A stretch of DNA of 64,000 bases. Origin: the human T2T-CHM13v2.0 reference genome, Homo sapiens. Every line of letters starts with the position of its first letter. Within the stretch, counting starts at the first letter, position 1. Below, in pieces: positions 31,982 to 54,905 of this stretch. The notes under the pieces were generated by a model. That model was not told the DNA's origin. It did no database searches and worked only from the letters and a program-made list of their open reading frames with translations. The stretch lies in the NCBI RefSeq assembly GCF_009914755.1, contig NC_060946.1, one strand, 5' to 3'. Position numbers and translations under genes: made by a program.

Positions 31982-32989
31982 TTATTCTGAGCCTTGAGAG
32001 AAATGTGGCTATGTGGCCTGAGTCATGTAATATGCAGCTGCAACTTCTACTTCTCTGATTTAAATCAACTTTCTTCCTTATTCTTGTACTATAGAAAATT
32101 AGGAAGACCTAATGGCACCGGATATAGGACCCCTTCAGATCACTACCTCTTCTCAGGGAGTAACAAAGTAATCTTTCTTGGAATATAGCATTCTATAACC
32201 AACCAAATCACTGTAATGAATGCACTGGTTTTGTATGGAAAACTCTGCAATCCTGCTAAAATTTCTCTGTCTCTGCCTACATAAGTGAAACCTTAACTTC
32301 ACTGCTTTGGAACGCTGACCCCGTTCATCTGGAGTTAGTGTTTCCTGGGTGGCTATACTCAAGCTTTGTGCGCAAATAAACTCTATATTTAATCATGTGT
32401 TCTGATCTCACTATTTAACATTAACACTAATATTACCATATGTTTACATAAAACAATATTATGTTGACCTGAGAACAGAAATCAATCCGTGAAAACACAT
32501 AGAGCAAGCTCTCCCAAGAGCTCGTAGAATTATTGAAGGATCTGATTTTCATTATCCACAGAGCCTGACCATAGGTAGCTTAGGCAAAAAGAGGAACTTT
32601 CTGGGAGAGGATTCCATTGTAGCTTACCTAACTGAAGAAAGCTGTCTAACAAAGTCAAGGTCTTGGCAGCAGGAGACCCTGTCTACCCTCTGTTCCCTAC
32701 CCTTAGAGCTATGCCATAAACCCAGCAGCAAAAAACCCTCCAGGATGGTTCCCTGGCTCTGTCTTCTCTTGCCAAATGTCAAATGGCTATGAGAGAGGTA
32801 GATTTGTAAGATGCACCACCTAGGAAAGAAAAAAAACTCCTGCCAATAAAACTGATACCTATGAAGGTAAGACCCATACTGATTTTTCTGAGATTTCAAT
32901 CTCTGACACATCCGTAATGAACAATGAGTGGGACTCCTTGGTTGGTGAATGAATAGTGCTAAAAGGTGGAGTACAGTGTTACAGTGAGA

Positions 32990-33545
32990 AGATAATTTTT
33001 TGGCCAATAAACATATAAAAATGCATTCACTATTACTAATCAGGGAGACACAAATCAAAAATACAATGAGCTATTACTTCATATCCATTAGGATGGCTAC
33101 CATCAAAAAAACAAAATAGAAACAAATGTGTTGGTGAAGACACGGCGACATTGCAACCCTTGTACGATGCTGGGAATGCAAAATGGTCGAACTGCTGGGA
33201 AAACAGTATGGTGGTTCCCCAAAAAACTAAAATTAGATCCAGCCATTTCAATTCTAGGAATATACCCAAAAAGACTAAAAGCAAGGCCTTGAAGATATAT
33301 TTGTACACCCATGTTCACAGCAGCATTATTCATAACAGCCAAAAGGTGGAAGCAACACAAATGTCCATCAGCAGATGAATGGATAAACAAAACATGATAT
33401 ATAAATACAATGGGATATTAATCAGCCTTAAAAAGGAGGAAAATTCTGACACACGCTACAACACATACGGACCTTGAGAACATTAGGCTGAGTGAAATAA
33501 GCCAGTCACAAAGGACAAATACTGTATGACCCCACTTGTATTTCC
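32990..33545 (+). mobile_element. Old L1 (L1M) ORF2 3' end / 3' UTR fragment
   Basis: Typical L1 3' phrases: ATTAGGATGGCTA, ATGTTCACAGCAGCATTATTC, GATGAATGGATAAAC, AGTGAAATAAGCCAGTCACA. Confidence 0.8.
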
Positions 33546-34338
33546 AGATTGAAGATTATTTTAAAATGAAGACATTTTAAGATACAGCAGATGCAGAAAG
33601 AAGCCATTTCAGAGCTTCCCTTATCTGGCTACAGGCAGAGCCTTCTAAGAATGAAGTTGTCATAAATCCTCTCTTTAGGAGAGCTTCACTCCCAGACAGG
33701 GCCACTTGCAATGGGATGAGAAACTGTATAAGCAAACATTATCACCAAGTGTCATACCTTCCATTTATTCTCCTAAAAGACCATTTATCTTTCCCATGGA
33801 AACCCTTTCTCCCTTCACCCTTTCCCCTATAAAGTTGGTGTATAAATCCCTATCTCTAGTTCTTCAGGGAGCTTCTCATTTAAATGCTGCCCCACACACA
33901 TGTAAAGAAATCTTGTCTTTTCTCCTGTTAATCTGTCCATTGTTTGGTTACCTTTTTCCCCCTGTTAATCTGTTAATTTGCTCATTTGCAGCTCCCACAC
34001 ACTACTGGACCTGAGATGGCAGAGGAAAAGCTTTCCCTCCCAGCACAGTTATAAAAGATATCTACAATAGTCAAATTCATAAAGACAGTAAGAATGGAGG
34101 TTTCCAGGAGCTTGGGTGGGGGAGAAATGACACAAGACAGGGACCCCCTCTTAGGAGCCTGGAAGCTCCCAAACATAAAAAAATTTAAAACTCTTGAGTT
34201 CCTCCAAGGGAAATTCTAGATATCTAGCTAGTCCTAAAAAATAAATAAGTAACTTGGGGCTGGGTATGGTGGCTCATGCCTGTAATCCTAGCACTTTGGG
34301 AGGCTGAGGCAGGCAGATCACTTGAGGCCAGGAGTTCA

Positions 34339-34578
<240 letters not shown>

Positions 34579-34794
34579 TTATTTTAAAAAAAAGATAATA
34601 GTAGCCTAAAATAATTGCCAAGGAAATTAGATCTAAAGATGTTCAATTTTCCTATAAAAACTAAAAATAACATCTTAACATATATCTCTGAGTTGTCTTT
34701 CAGAAGCCTGGACCCTCACCAAATGCAACTGTTGGCTCATGGACCTTTGATAAGAGAGTTGAGGACTGAACTTTGACCACCATTCTTTGTTCTA

Positions 34795-35202
<408 letters not shown>

Positions 35203-36149
35203 TTAAAATCAGTTCTAGGGAGAATCCAAAATAAGATCCAGAATATTGAAATGAATATGCAAATGGAGGTAAAATTGGCTTCCAGTAGGGAGAGAAGCCA
35301 ATTGAATAGGACAAAATGTACATGTCTAGAGACGAGAATTATGTTGCAGTGCTATCACCAGTCTTCTAAAGTAGCTCAAAACAATGAAAGACGAGAGACA
35401 ACCTGGAAGGGTTGTGATCCACTTCAGTGGAAAACTATCCTATCCACCTAGGATAGGATAGAATCCATCATTCAGCCAGCTTATTCATCCCAAGTCATAC
35501 TAGATTCAAGTTTGAGTTCTACGAGACAGACTAAAATTTACAGGGCTATTTCATTACCAAATTCGAAAACATAAATTGAAAATGATGTCTCTAAAAATTA
35601 AACTACTGACCAATCTCACTTACGAATATCAATGCAATGGTACCGTTAAGACAGTTAATTGGGAAGTCATGAGGCTAAGATGTCTCCAGCACCTTGAGTT
35701 TCTACCTAAGCCAACCAAAACCCAATTCAATGTAAAAAGTAAAATGAAATTTAAGCTTAACCAATCAGAAACTGCCAACTAACCTCTAACTAGGGACTTC
35801 CCACTTTAACCAATCAAATATGTTTTCTTTGTCTTGTTTCTGTGAATACTTTATCAAATTTCCTCTGTTGCCCCCTTTCCTACCCACCCACAGTGGAGCA
35901 CTGAACTACTTGTGGTCTGGTGCTGCCTGATTCATGAATCAATGAATGCTCAAATAAAGTCATTCAAATTTTATTGTGCCTAAATTTATCTTTTAACAGC
36001 ATCCAGCAGCACATGAAAATAATAATGGAGTATGAGTAAATGAGAAATATTAGTAATGCAAAGAGAGTCCAATATGAGCAAATCAAGTCACCATATGTAA
36101 TAAAATTTACCAAGTTAATAGGACAAAAGAGGGAAAAAAGAAACACCTT

Positions 36150-36539
<390 letters not shown>

Positions 36540-36684
36540 CTACGTTGGCCCTGAAAGGCCCAGGAAGCTGGGAGAGCCAGGGAGAGACATGATGGAGTTG
36601 TGGCAGGGTGAGATGTGCCCCTTCCTCCTCCTAGGACTGGACGCAGAGAATTTGTATAAAGCTCTTTACTAACCGGAGTCTTAA

Positions 36685-37176
<492 letters not shown>

Positions 37177-37209
37177 TGAGGCGGGTGGATCACCTGAGGT
37201 CAGGAGTTA

Positions 37210-37410
<201 letters not shown>

Positions 37411-38689
37411 CTAAAAATAAAGCCACACAGATCTGTGCTTAAATCCTGGCTATGTGTGATTTTGGTAAGTTACTCAAGTTCTGTAAACCTCCTATTTTTA
37501 CATCTAAAATGCGGAAAGAAATTATATTTGTTTTAGAGTTATTGTTGCAAAATATATACACTACAGAGCACAGAGCCTTGTGCCCAGTAAGTGCTCAGTT
37601 GACACATGTGCTTTTAACATTATGTGCATTGATGCAAACTCTTTTCTACTTTGCTTTATCTTTGTCCTAGTGGCATACGGCACCCTCTTGGCAAACCAGC
37701 TAGGCCAAAACAGAAAAGATTCATCACAGACTGAAAACTCTTTTATTTTAGGAGAGGATAAATAAGTTGGTTCACATTGTGTTACAAAGGGCAAAATAAC
37801 ATTGGAAGGTAGATTGTCACCATAGTTTAGGGCCTTTAGGTTCACGAAAGGATTTCCAGGGAAGAGGCATCAAAATGAAACAATGGAGCTAAGGAGGAAT
37901 GAGCCCCGAGAAGAGAGGATAAACTTTCCAGGCAAATGGAATGTGTGAGAAGGCCCTGAGATGAGCTGGAGCATGGCAGGCTTGGAGAACTGAAGTCAGC
38001 CCTGTTTGAACTGACTTATTAATGAAGGAATGGAGAGAAGTCTGGATACAGAGGAAAGCAGGCCAGATCTTCTATGGCCTTGTAAGTCACGTTAAGGAGC
38101 TGTCATTCAAATTATCCTTCCTGATCATGTAGTTGTAATGTATGCATTAGATTAATAAATATATCTTAAAATATAGACAACATGGAATTAGCAAATTATA
38201 GCTACTTCACATGGTAATGAGGCCAGCTTTCCATAGAATACCAGGTAAAGTGACATCTCAGTTTTATACATGATGTGGCATGAAGAAATGCTCTACTTTA
38301 AGCGGTTGGTTGTGGCTTTTTCGGGAGCCCCCTTAGAGAGGATCTCGGAGGTATCTGGATAAAAATCTGGCTTGTAGCTGTTATTGCTAATTTAGCCTCA
38401 TTCAGCAACAGTTTTGAGGATGTATATCCCACATGCCGCACTAGAGAAAAGGAGAGGGAATGGGAGATACAATTTTGCTTCCTGAGAGAACCTTTCCGTC
38501 ATCTTACTTCAGGTATTGGCAGCAACATCTAAACCACGGTGATTTCACATGGACAAGACAGAAACACAGTGGTTATGAGTGCGGTTTTTTCATGGGGTCA
38601 AGCTGCTTGGGCTTGAAACTTTACTCCCAACGAAGTTATTTGAGTAAGTTACCTAATTTATTTGACACCCCCCCTTTTTTTTTTTCTGA

Positions 38690-38905
<216 letters not shown>

Positions 38906-39142
38906 TGATCCGCCTGCCTCGGCCTCCCAAAGTGCTAGGATTACAGGCATGAGCCACCATGCCTGGCCTATTTGACCCTTAATTTCCTCATTTATAAAAT
39001 GGGAACAGGAGTCTCTTGATCATGAAGTCGTTAAGAGGAGTTAGTAAGATATTTCACAGCTAGCCCTACCCTAATGCCTGGCACATAGTAAGATCTCAAT
39101 ATATCCTATTCATTATGATTATTAGTATTTTGCATCTTTTAA

Positions 39143-39265
<123 letters not shown>

Positions 39266-39326
39266 TGAGTAGCTGGGATTACAGGCGTGCGCCACCACAC
39301 CCGGCTAATTTTTATATTTTTAGTAG

Positions 39327-39467
<141 letters not shown>

Positions 39468-39653
39468 TGATCACTAGAATTTTACAGCTTTGCTTAAGTG
39501 AGTATTATAGGATCAGAAAGCTGTACTTGGTAAACTTTCCTGGCATTAATTTAAATTCTCTAACTTATTTCTTTAAGGTATTCTTTTTTAAAGCTTCTTT
39601 TAATGGAGACACAAAAGTAGGAAAAAAATATTACAGCGGATCCCATGTACTCA

Positions 39654-40134
<481 letters not shown>

Positions 40135-40230
40135 TCAAACTTTGAATCATCTCATAAATTGTCTGTTTAGATCAGGATCAAAACAAGGAACACATTGTGA
40201 TTGGAGTTATCTTTACAATTTTTGAATTGA

Positions 40231-40434
<204 letters not shown>

Positions 40435-42629
40435 TAATTTTTGTATTTTTAGTAGAGATGGGGTTTCACCATGCTGGTCAGGCTGGTCTCGAACTTCTGA
40501 CTTCATGATCTTTCTGCCTCAGTCTCCCAAAGTGCTGGGGTTACAGGTGTGAGCCGCCGCACCCGGCTAGATTCAGTCCTAACCTGGCTGCAGATACCAT
40601 CTCTTCCCCTTCTTCTTTATTTTCCTTTACACGACTTGTTAATACCTGTCATATTTGTGTGCCTGGTGTATTGTCTCTCTACCTGCCCATCATAACAAAA
40701 GCTTCATAACAGCTTTATAAGAAAACTGTGGAGGGGGCAAAAATCAGAATGTGCTTAATCAATGTTCTCTTCTAACATAAGTGATTTTTCTCTTGGAACT
40801 TTTTCTTCTTGAGATAGTGTGGGAGAGAGGTGTTACATTTATTTTTAATGATGATTGTTCTTTTCTAAGCCGAAGGGATTTATTCAAAGTGATAGGCATA
40901 GCAAGTCTTATGATGAGATTTTTTTTCAATGATACCAATCAAAATTCTAGCCTCCAAAATCAACTCTGACAGGATTAGAAAAGGAAAATGGAGACAAACA
41001 TGTCTGTGGGGTGAGGGGGGCTGTTTGGAACTAGGATGTGTGGCATGGAGGTTTTGGCTTGGAGCAGGAAGTAGACTAGTGTGAAAGACACAATACATTA
41101 GACAATTAAGGAGAAGATATTATTCAGCTTATTGCAGTAGAGAGAGCACCCCAGATCCAATGGCTAAAGTGTCTCAGCACAGTGGTTCTACCTTAGACTT
41201 TTATAGCCAGGGGTAAACAAGTTGCAGAAGGTGTTGTTTTGCAAGTAGGGGACGTCTTGGTTATCTGAACGTCAAATGTTTTCTCTGTGGTCAGTTTCAG
41301 TGGGATAGACTCTTCTAATCTGCTAATCAATCAAAGAATAGGAGGTTGGAGCATCTGGGTCTAACCTTGTGAGCAGGCTCAGGCAAAAGGGACTGTTTGG
41401 CTTTGCCAAAGGAGTCATCTTTGACTCATGGAAGTTGTGAGAAAGTAGATCATGAGTCTTATGTAAGTCATATGGGGAAGAGTAGTTCTTTGAGGTAAAC
41501 TCTTTCCAGAAACACAAGGATTTTTTGAGGGGGGCAGGGAGCGGTCTAGAAAACAAAAGGATGGGGGTACTTCCTAGCCATCACTGTGTCCTGAGAGCAC
41601 AGGGCTCAGGTAAAGTTCAACCTTGTCATGAGGTTGCCTATTGGAGGACAGAATAGGTGGGGGGGACTGCTAGAGTTTCACTGCCTTGGGACAAAAAGTG
41701 CCCCCAGAACTCAGCGTTCTGAATCAGGTGTATTCAGGTATAAAACCTGGGATGCAGTTTAAGGCCTGGCTTGTGGTGAGCTGAGAAAAAGTGGAGAATG
41801 GTCTCAAGGGAGTTGCTTTCTCATCCTTTTACCTCCAAAGCACAGAACTGAGCAGTTACAGTCTGATAGTCTCCCCCAAGACTGCTTCTCTTAAGAGGCA
41901 GAAGTTGAAGACTGGTCCTGAGTATTTAGTAGGGTGGGCAATGACTGTTTTTTCTGGTGCCCTCCACCCAAGGGTTCATCCACTCTGTATCCCCTCAGCC
42001 AGTTGGAGATGACAGGGTTTGGTATCTGGTCTTTATCCATTTCTTTGCCGTATATAAGAGCCTGCTGTAGAGGGAAATAAGCTCAGCCATTTCAAATGCA
42101 AAAGAGCATACAGGATTAAACATGCCACCAGAAGCAAATACGTTAGAAAAGAGGAACACAGAACTTAAAATTAGCCTAAATAAGCATATTAACAGGGGTA
42201 AAGGGTGCTTTAAACTAAAATGAGAAAATAAGAGAATTAAGCAGAAATATGCATACAGAATAGCTGAATCAATTAAAAAAACCACTGCTATGGGGAAAAT
42301 GGATAGAGCAAGGAACAAATGAGTGCATTTGAAGAAGATGTTGAGTAAACAAGCTGGAAACGAGGGTGACAAACTGTCCCAGTCTGCCTGAGACTGCGGG
42401 GTTTTGAAGACATGGGACTGTCAGTGCTAAAACCAGGAGAGACCCGGGCAAACCAGGACAGCTGGTCACTTTTGAATAGACATAAAGAATATAAAAGCAA
42501 AACTAAGAGCAATGGAGGAAAAGAAGTGCAAACATCCAGATAATTGTGATCCCAGAAGGACAGGGAAATGAAACAGAGAAGAAATACTTGAAGAAATCAT
42601 GGAGATACCTTTCGTAGATTAAAAAGAAA

Positions 42630-47640
<5,011 letters not shown>

Positions 47641-47644
47641 GCCA

Positions 47645-48404
<760 letters not shown>

Positions 48405-49207
48405 ACCATTTACTGAGTGATTTCCCACATACAAAATATTTAGAATAAGCAAATTTATAGAGACAGAAAGTAGATTAGAGGTTATTGGAAGTGGGAAGGT
48501 GGGAGAATGAGAAGTTGTTGCTTATGGGTACAGAGTGTCTGTTTAGGGTGGTGAAAATGTTTTGGCAATTGATAATGGTGATGGTTGCAGAACATTTTGA
48601 AAAGTAACAACATGAAATGGTACACTTAAAATGATTTAAATGACTACTTTTGTTTATATATATATTTTATCACAATGTAAAGGTTTATTAATTTCCATAG
48701 AAGAACAGAGAAAGTTATCAAAAACTACCATGCAGGAAGCACCAAGCCAAGATAGTTTTATAGGGGAATGCTACTAAACTTTATCCTGAACAGGGACATC
48801 TCATTCTAAATGAGATGTGTCGGAGGCATATCTCACAATGTCAGGGAAGGGACAAGGACACCCACGTTCATGTATTCTAATTAATACCATACTGGAGAGC
48901 CTAGTCAGGGTGCTAAGGAATGAAAATTATATTAAAGACACAGGATTAGAAATGAATAAATACAATTGCTGTTATTGCAGATGACACGGAAAACACAAAA
49001 GTATCCATAAATTATTTAAGAATTAGAAGGAAGAATAGCAATAGAAGTTCTCAAGGAGTGCAGGATGGGTGAGGGGCGGCATGGGAATGAGACATGCATT
49101 TAGTATCAGTAACGTATGCAACAAAAATATTAAAACAATTCCACTTAATTAGCCTGTTTCCACCTTAATCACCTGTGTTCCATCCCAGTTGCTTCTTCTC
49201 CAGGTGA

Positions 49208-49508
<301 letters not shown>

Positions 49509-49902
49509 TAGCCAGGATGGTGTCGATCTCCTGATCTCGTGATCCACCTGCCTCAGCCTCCCAAAGTGCTGGGATTACAGGGGTGAGCCACCGCACCCGG
49601 CCCTATTCCTTCTTGCTGTGCCTCTCATTTCTCTGCCTGAGAGGCCTCTCCTTATCTCTCTTGATGTCTGGCTGCTTCTCAACCCTCACCCATCAGTCAC
49701 TGGTAACGTTCACAGACAAGCCTTTGTTCTCTGACCCTCACTGCTCCCCACGACTCAAGTAGAGTAGCCCCCAACCCACAACCCCAGTAGCCCTCCGTAC
49801 GGGTCTTCTGTTGTTCTCACAGCACTTCTCTGAAATCAGCTTTCTTAATGGTTTGCTGACTTGTTTAGTGTTCTCAATCCCTTCGGCTGGTCAGAGTCCA
49901 GA

Positions 49903-50410
49903 ATGTAAACCAAAAAGGAACAGACGCAGATCTTAATCAATTTAGAGGGAAAAAGAAACACAAGTCATAGTAGAATCTGTATCCTGTGCTTTATCCAAAG
50001 AGGGTTTTGAGGACTTCAATATTTAAAGGGGAAAGGGTAAGTTAGAAAGGAAGGAGAAAAGGAAGAAGCAGGAGAAAAATCAGAGTTGTGGGGTAGGCAA
50101 TGAGGCAAATGGTAACATTCTTGTGACCACTCAGTAGGGACAGGCTCAGAGGAAGCAATTATAGATGAGTCTGGATGAGCTCAGTGAATCTACAGTTTAC
50201 ATATGAAAAGAAATGAGTGGGGGAAGTCAACTATGCATGCCTCTTCTGAATGGTGAATCTACATTTTACATAAGATGAAGTCAATATGTGAAGTTGCAGC
50301 TACCTCTGTGAACACAAGGAAGGCAGTTTTTGCACAACTCGGTTCCCAGGTGTAACTTTACCTTTGGCATAGTGAATTTGGGGTCCTGATATATATTTTT
50401 TCCTTTGACA
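49903..50410 (-). mobile_element. MER4-like solo LTR
   Basis: TGTAAACCAAAAA...TTTTCCTTTGACA termini resemble recalled MER4 LTRs. Confidence 0.6.
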
Positions 50411-50492
50411 AGGGATGCATTTTTGCATTCCTTTGAATGCAAAAAATTCTCCACCATTGGGACTTGTAGAGACTAAGAATTAGTAGTACTTC

Positions 50493-51183
<691 letters not shown>

Positions 51184-51244
51184 TGGGGGCTTCCTCTGAC
51201 TTTTTCAGGCTCATGAAGAAGAGGCCAATGAAATGTGAGGAGAT

Positions 51245-51342
51245 GTGGCCTGTGGGTTTCTGGTGGGTGGTGGCCTGTGGGTTTCTGGTGGGTGGTGGCC
51301 TGTGGGTTTCTGGTGGATGGTGGCCTGTGGGTTTCTGGTGGG
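51245..51342 (+). repeat. 25-bp G-rich minisatellite, about 3.9 copies (GTGGCCTGTGGGTTTCTGGTGGGTG)
   Basis: Seen directly; one substitution in copy 3. Confidence 0.95.
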
Positions 51343-54256
51343 CAGTGTTTTGTGTTTGAAGGGGCTGTTATCTAAAGGGGCTCTTTTTAAGTTGGGAGTA
51401 CTACCAAAACTCAATAAATCCAATTAAGAATGCTTAGAATTATTCATTAGACACATATTTATATGCAACAGAATTCTAAATATTTTTGGGGTGTGATACT
51501 AGGCATTCCATACATTGTAAAGGACAGCGAGTCTAGACGCATCTACTTGGCCCTGATTGAGTTTCAGAAGAAACTGAGAATGCTGCTGGAATAGCTGAGG
51601 GAATCGTCACTTACCTGCTTTTTTCCCCTATCTTTCAATTCCATGTAGTGACCAGGGAACAATTATGTAGATTGTCTATCATTAACTGTGTCGATTGGCT
51701 CCTTCCTGTCATCTCTGGCACAGGAACAGTGATCCCCTAACACAACTTTCCTCTTTAGTTTTCAGGAACTGAGTCTCTTAACTTGTGCCTAGATCTAGAG
51801 CCCCATCTCCTCCTGTTTCCAGCAGTCCTTGAACTCAGCTGTTTGAGGAGAATTAAGGGTGGCCATGAGGGTACAATGGAGTTAACTCCCACGGAGCGCT
51901 TGTGCTTGGGGAGGATCTGGACCACTGAAGCCTGACCACAAGAAGTGATATCTGCTACGATGTCTTTAGGGTTAATGAAAATGAGCTATAAGGGATGATG
52001 GTGGAATGTTCCAGGCATTGTTAACAGCATTTGTCAATAATATTTTTGAAAAGAATATCTGGTTGTTGATTCTATTTACTAAGAGAGCTTGCATTGGGCC
52101 TAAGTGTGGCAGATCTCAGTGGGGACAGGGTCAGAGGAAGCCACTCTAGGTGAGTCTGGGTGACCTAAAGGAAGGATGTGAATGGATCATTAAGAGGTCG
52201 CATATGCTTGACTGCAGAGGCCATGGTAGTCACTGAAGTGTCCTCCTCTGGCATCTGTGAGCTCTGTAGGTACAGAGTGGAGAGTGGATTAAAGGGTAAA
52301 CTGAGGCAACATCTGAGACTGGGAGAGTAGTTAGGCATCAAAGACAATATTTCACGGAGAGATGACAATATATTTTGTTAGATTTGTGACAGTGGAGAAG
52401 AAGGGAAGTTAGCAATCTACAATCCAGAAGGAAAGAGTAATTGGAGAGAATTAAAAATTAAGTGTGTGCCCCGTGGCAGGAAAAGGAAGGCATCTAAGAT
52501 GACTCCTACGTGTCTGGTTGGAAGTTACTATATATATAAATATAAATATTTATATATATAGTAAAGCAGAAACCAGTGAAGTCATGTGATATTTGTAATT
52601 TGTTTTAATATCATTCAGTGAGAGATTAGCATGAGAGGTAGAAGGAATGGTTGAGGCTAGTCTATGCCTGTGGAGAGTTTGTTGAACTAGTCTCTATAGT
52701 TTATGTAACTTCAAAAATTACCTGATACACACACATACACACACACACACACTGTCACAGGTGGAATTCTGAAAGTTGCCAAAATATAAGCTTCCACCCT
52801 GACTTCCAGTTGAATCCCATCTCCCCCCAACAGACAGAGGGGGAGCTGGTATGGAGACCATGGAAGGGACAGAAACTCAGGATTCCCATGACAGAGAAGT
52901 GAGTAAGGCTGGAACCCCAATCAAGGGGAGGGGCTGTGAGCCAGTCAGAGGCCAGACCAGGAATGTGCCTTAGGGAAGCTGGGGAGTGTGAGTTTTATAC
53001 AAACAGCAATGAGGAGTCAGTGCAGGATTCTAATCCACGGGGTGACCTGCCCAACATGAATAAAAACATCTCTCTGGATGTTTGGGAAGAGAGTACCTGG
53101 GGAAGAAGGGGATTTTGTGTGTAGGTTGTTACTGGATGGGCCCATGAGCTGAGGATTTGGGGGATCATTCACACAGTTAAAGTAAATTTGGATATGGAGT
53201 ATGATGAGGAGGTGATGATTTCTAAATTTTCCTGTTCAAGTTTTCTACATGTCTACAAACACATTAAAATGTCTCTCTTAGCTTCATAATTAACCAAAAC
53301 AAAGAATAAGCAAATACAGGTTTTTTTTAAAAAAGGTTTAAATGTAAACACATTATATGACACTAAGTCCAAATTCTGATATAAAATATCTGGAACAACT
53401 ATTTAGAAAACTACAAACTTTAAAAAATAAACCTCACTTCATAAAATAAAAAGTGTGTATACACTATTAACTAGTGTATTAGGCCTACCAAGACCATGAC
53501 TATTAGTAAATCACATCTAAGCCCTATCAAAACTCTAAGAGCATTGTGTGCTGTTAGAGGTAAAGCATTGTGTGAAATGTTTGCTGAGAATTGCCATCTT
53601 TTAAGAAGGCCACCAACCTTATCTCCTGGGAATTTTCCATTCAATGCCATTCCCTGAACAGCCCCTACACATGTTTGAAACCATCAACTGTAACAGTGTC
53701 TGTGATGCTGACCAGATGGCACACGTGGGTCATTCAACTTTTTCCAGAATATACTCTGGGGGTACAAACACCTTAAAAAGTTACATTCACAGCAGTTTGT
53801 ACCACATAGAAACCAAGACTCCTTTTGGGAGTGAGAAACTACAATAATAAAGTACAACATATCAGGATCACAGAAGGTAGGATTCGGATGATGGATGTGT
53901 GAACAGAGATGATGGATGGTGAACTACAGAGACAGGCTGGGCTCTCAGGTCTCTGGGCCACGGAAGGAGTGTGTCCTGTAACCAGCACAGGACACAGCTC
54001 AGTAAGAACCATATACTCCAAGGAGCTCGGGGCTTGGAGCTGGGCCCTGTGCTCACTGATGGGGACTCAGCAGCTGTGTCCTTTCTGGCCTGGCAGAGTC
54101 CCCTGAGCAGGGACCTGTGTATGGTCTCAGCAGGTGCTTCCTCCCAGGGCCCTCCCAAGGCGGGAAGTAAACCTTCCTCCTCCTCAGGCTGCAGTGTGAG
54201 CTGAGCTCCAGCTCCAGGGCTCAGGGAGGGGCTGGGCAGTCCCCTGATGGAAACAC

Positions 54257-54506
54257 ACTTGCATGAGCAGCCCCTCCTCTGCAGAGGGTGGGGAAGAAAA
54301 GGATGCCTGGGGCAGTCCAGCCCCACGGTGTGGTGGGGTCAGGGGCTGTGTCCACCATGGACTTGACTCCTCCCCTCCTTGTGATCCTGTCTCACTGTAC
54401 GTGTCGGGACGGGCCTCAAAGACCAGCCTACATCAGAAACTTTGACTGAGGCCCCTGAGAAATGTTACCCTGAACTCTGCCTTAGTATCTGGATGTGTCT
54501 TTTCAC
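54257..54506 (+). pseudogene. Ig lambda V relic consisting of promoter, leader exon and intron only (V exon absent)
   Basis: Octamer variant ACTTGCAT at 54257-54264, 100 nt before TCCACCATG. The 46-nt exon 54357-54402 encodes MDLTPPLLVILSHCT, followed by GTCGGGAC. The intron-like stretch ends GTGTCTTTTCAC (54506), paralleling the IGLV4-69 acceptor GTGTTTTCAG. Confidence 0.75.
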
Positions 54507-54905
54507 CTGATAGAGTTATAAAGATTTTCCCAGTTAAAAACAAAAGCAAAGCTCTGCCAGACTCGTGTTCGTGGCTCCAAATCTGCTTCAGCCACTGAGC
54601 AGGAGCTGAGAGGGAAGAGAGAGAGAAGAACACAAGATCCATATGGGGAAGGATTTCTATGAGGGTGTGGCAGTGAGAGCGGGTGGCAAGTTGCCAAAGA
54701 GGCCTAAGCCACAGAAGTGGGTTTCATGTGGGACTTTCGGAATGAGCAGGAGGGCGATGGGTGGAGGGTGAGGGTCAGAAGATTCTAATCAGAGGTGAGA
54801 ACCCAAAGATGAGTTATTGGTCATTCAAGTCAAACAGTGAAATTACCTTGGCCTGTGCCTCCAGTCAGTGGAGCAGGGAAGGGGCCAGGATGTGCTTCCT
54901 GCAGG

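Noticed and set aside
51245-51342. Direct repeats as a possible CRISPR-like array
   Set aside because: The units are contiguous with no unique spacers and the context is eukaryotic. This is a minisatellite.
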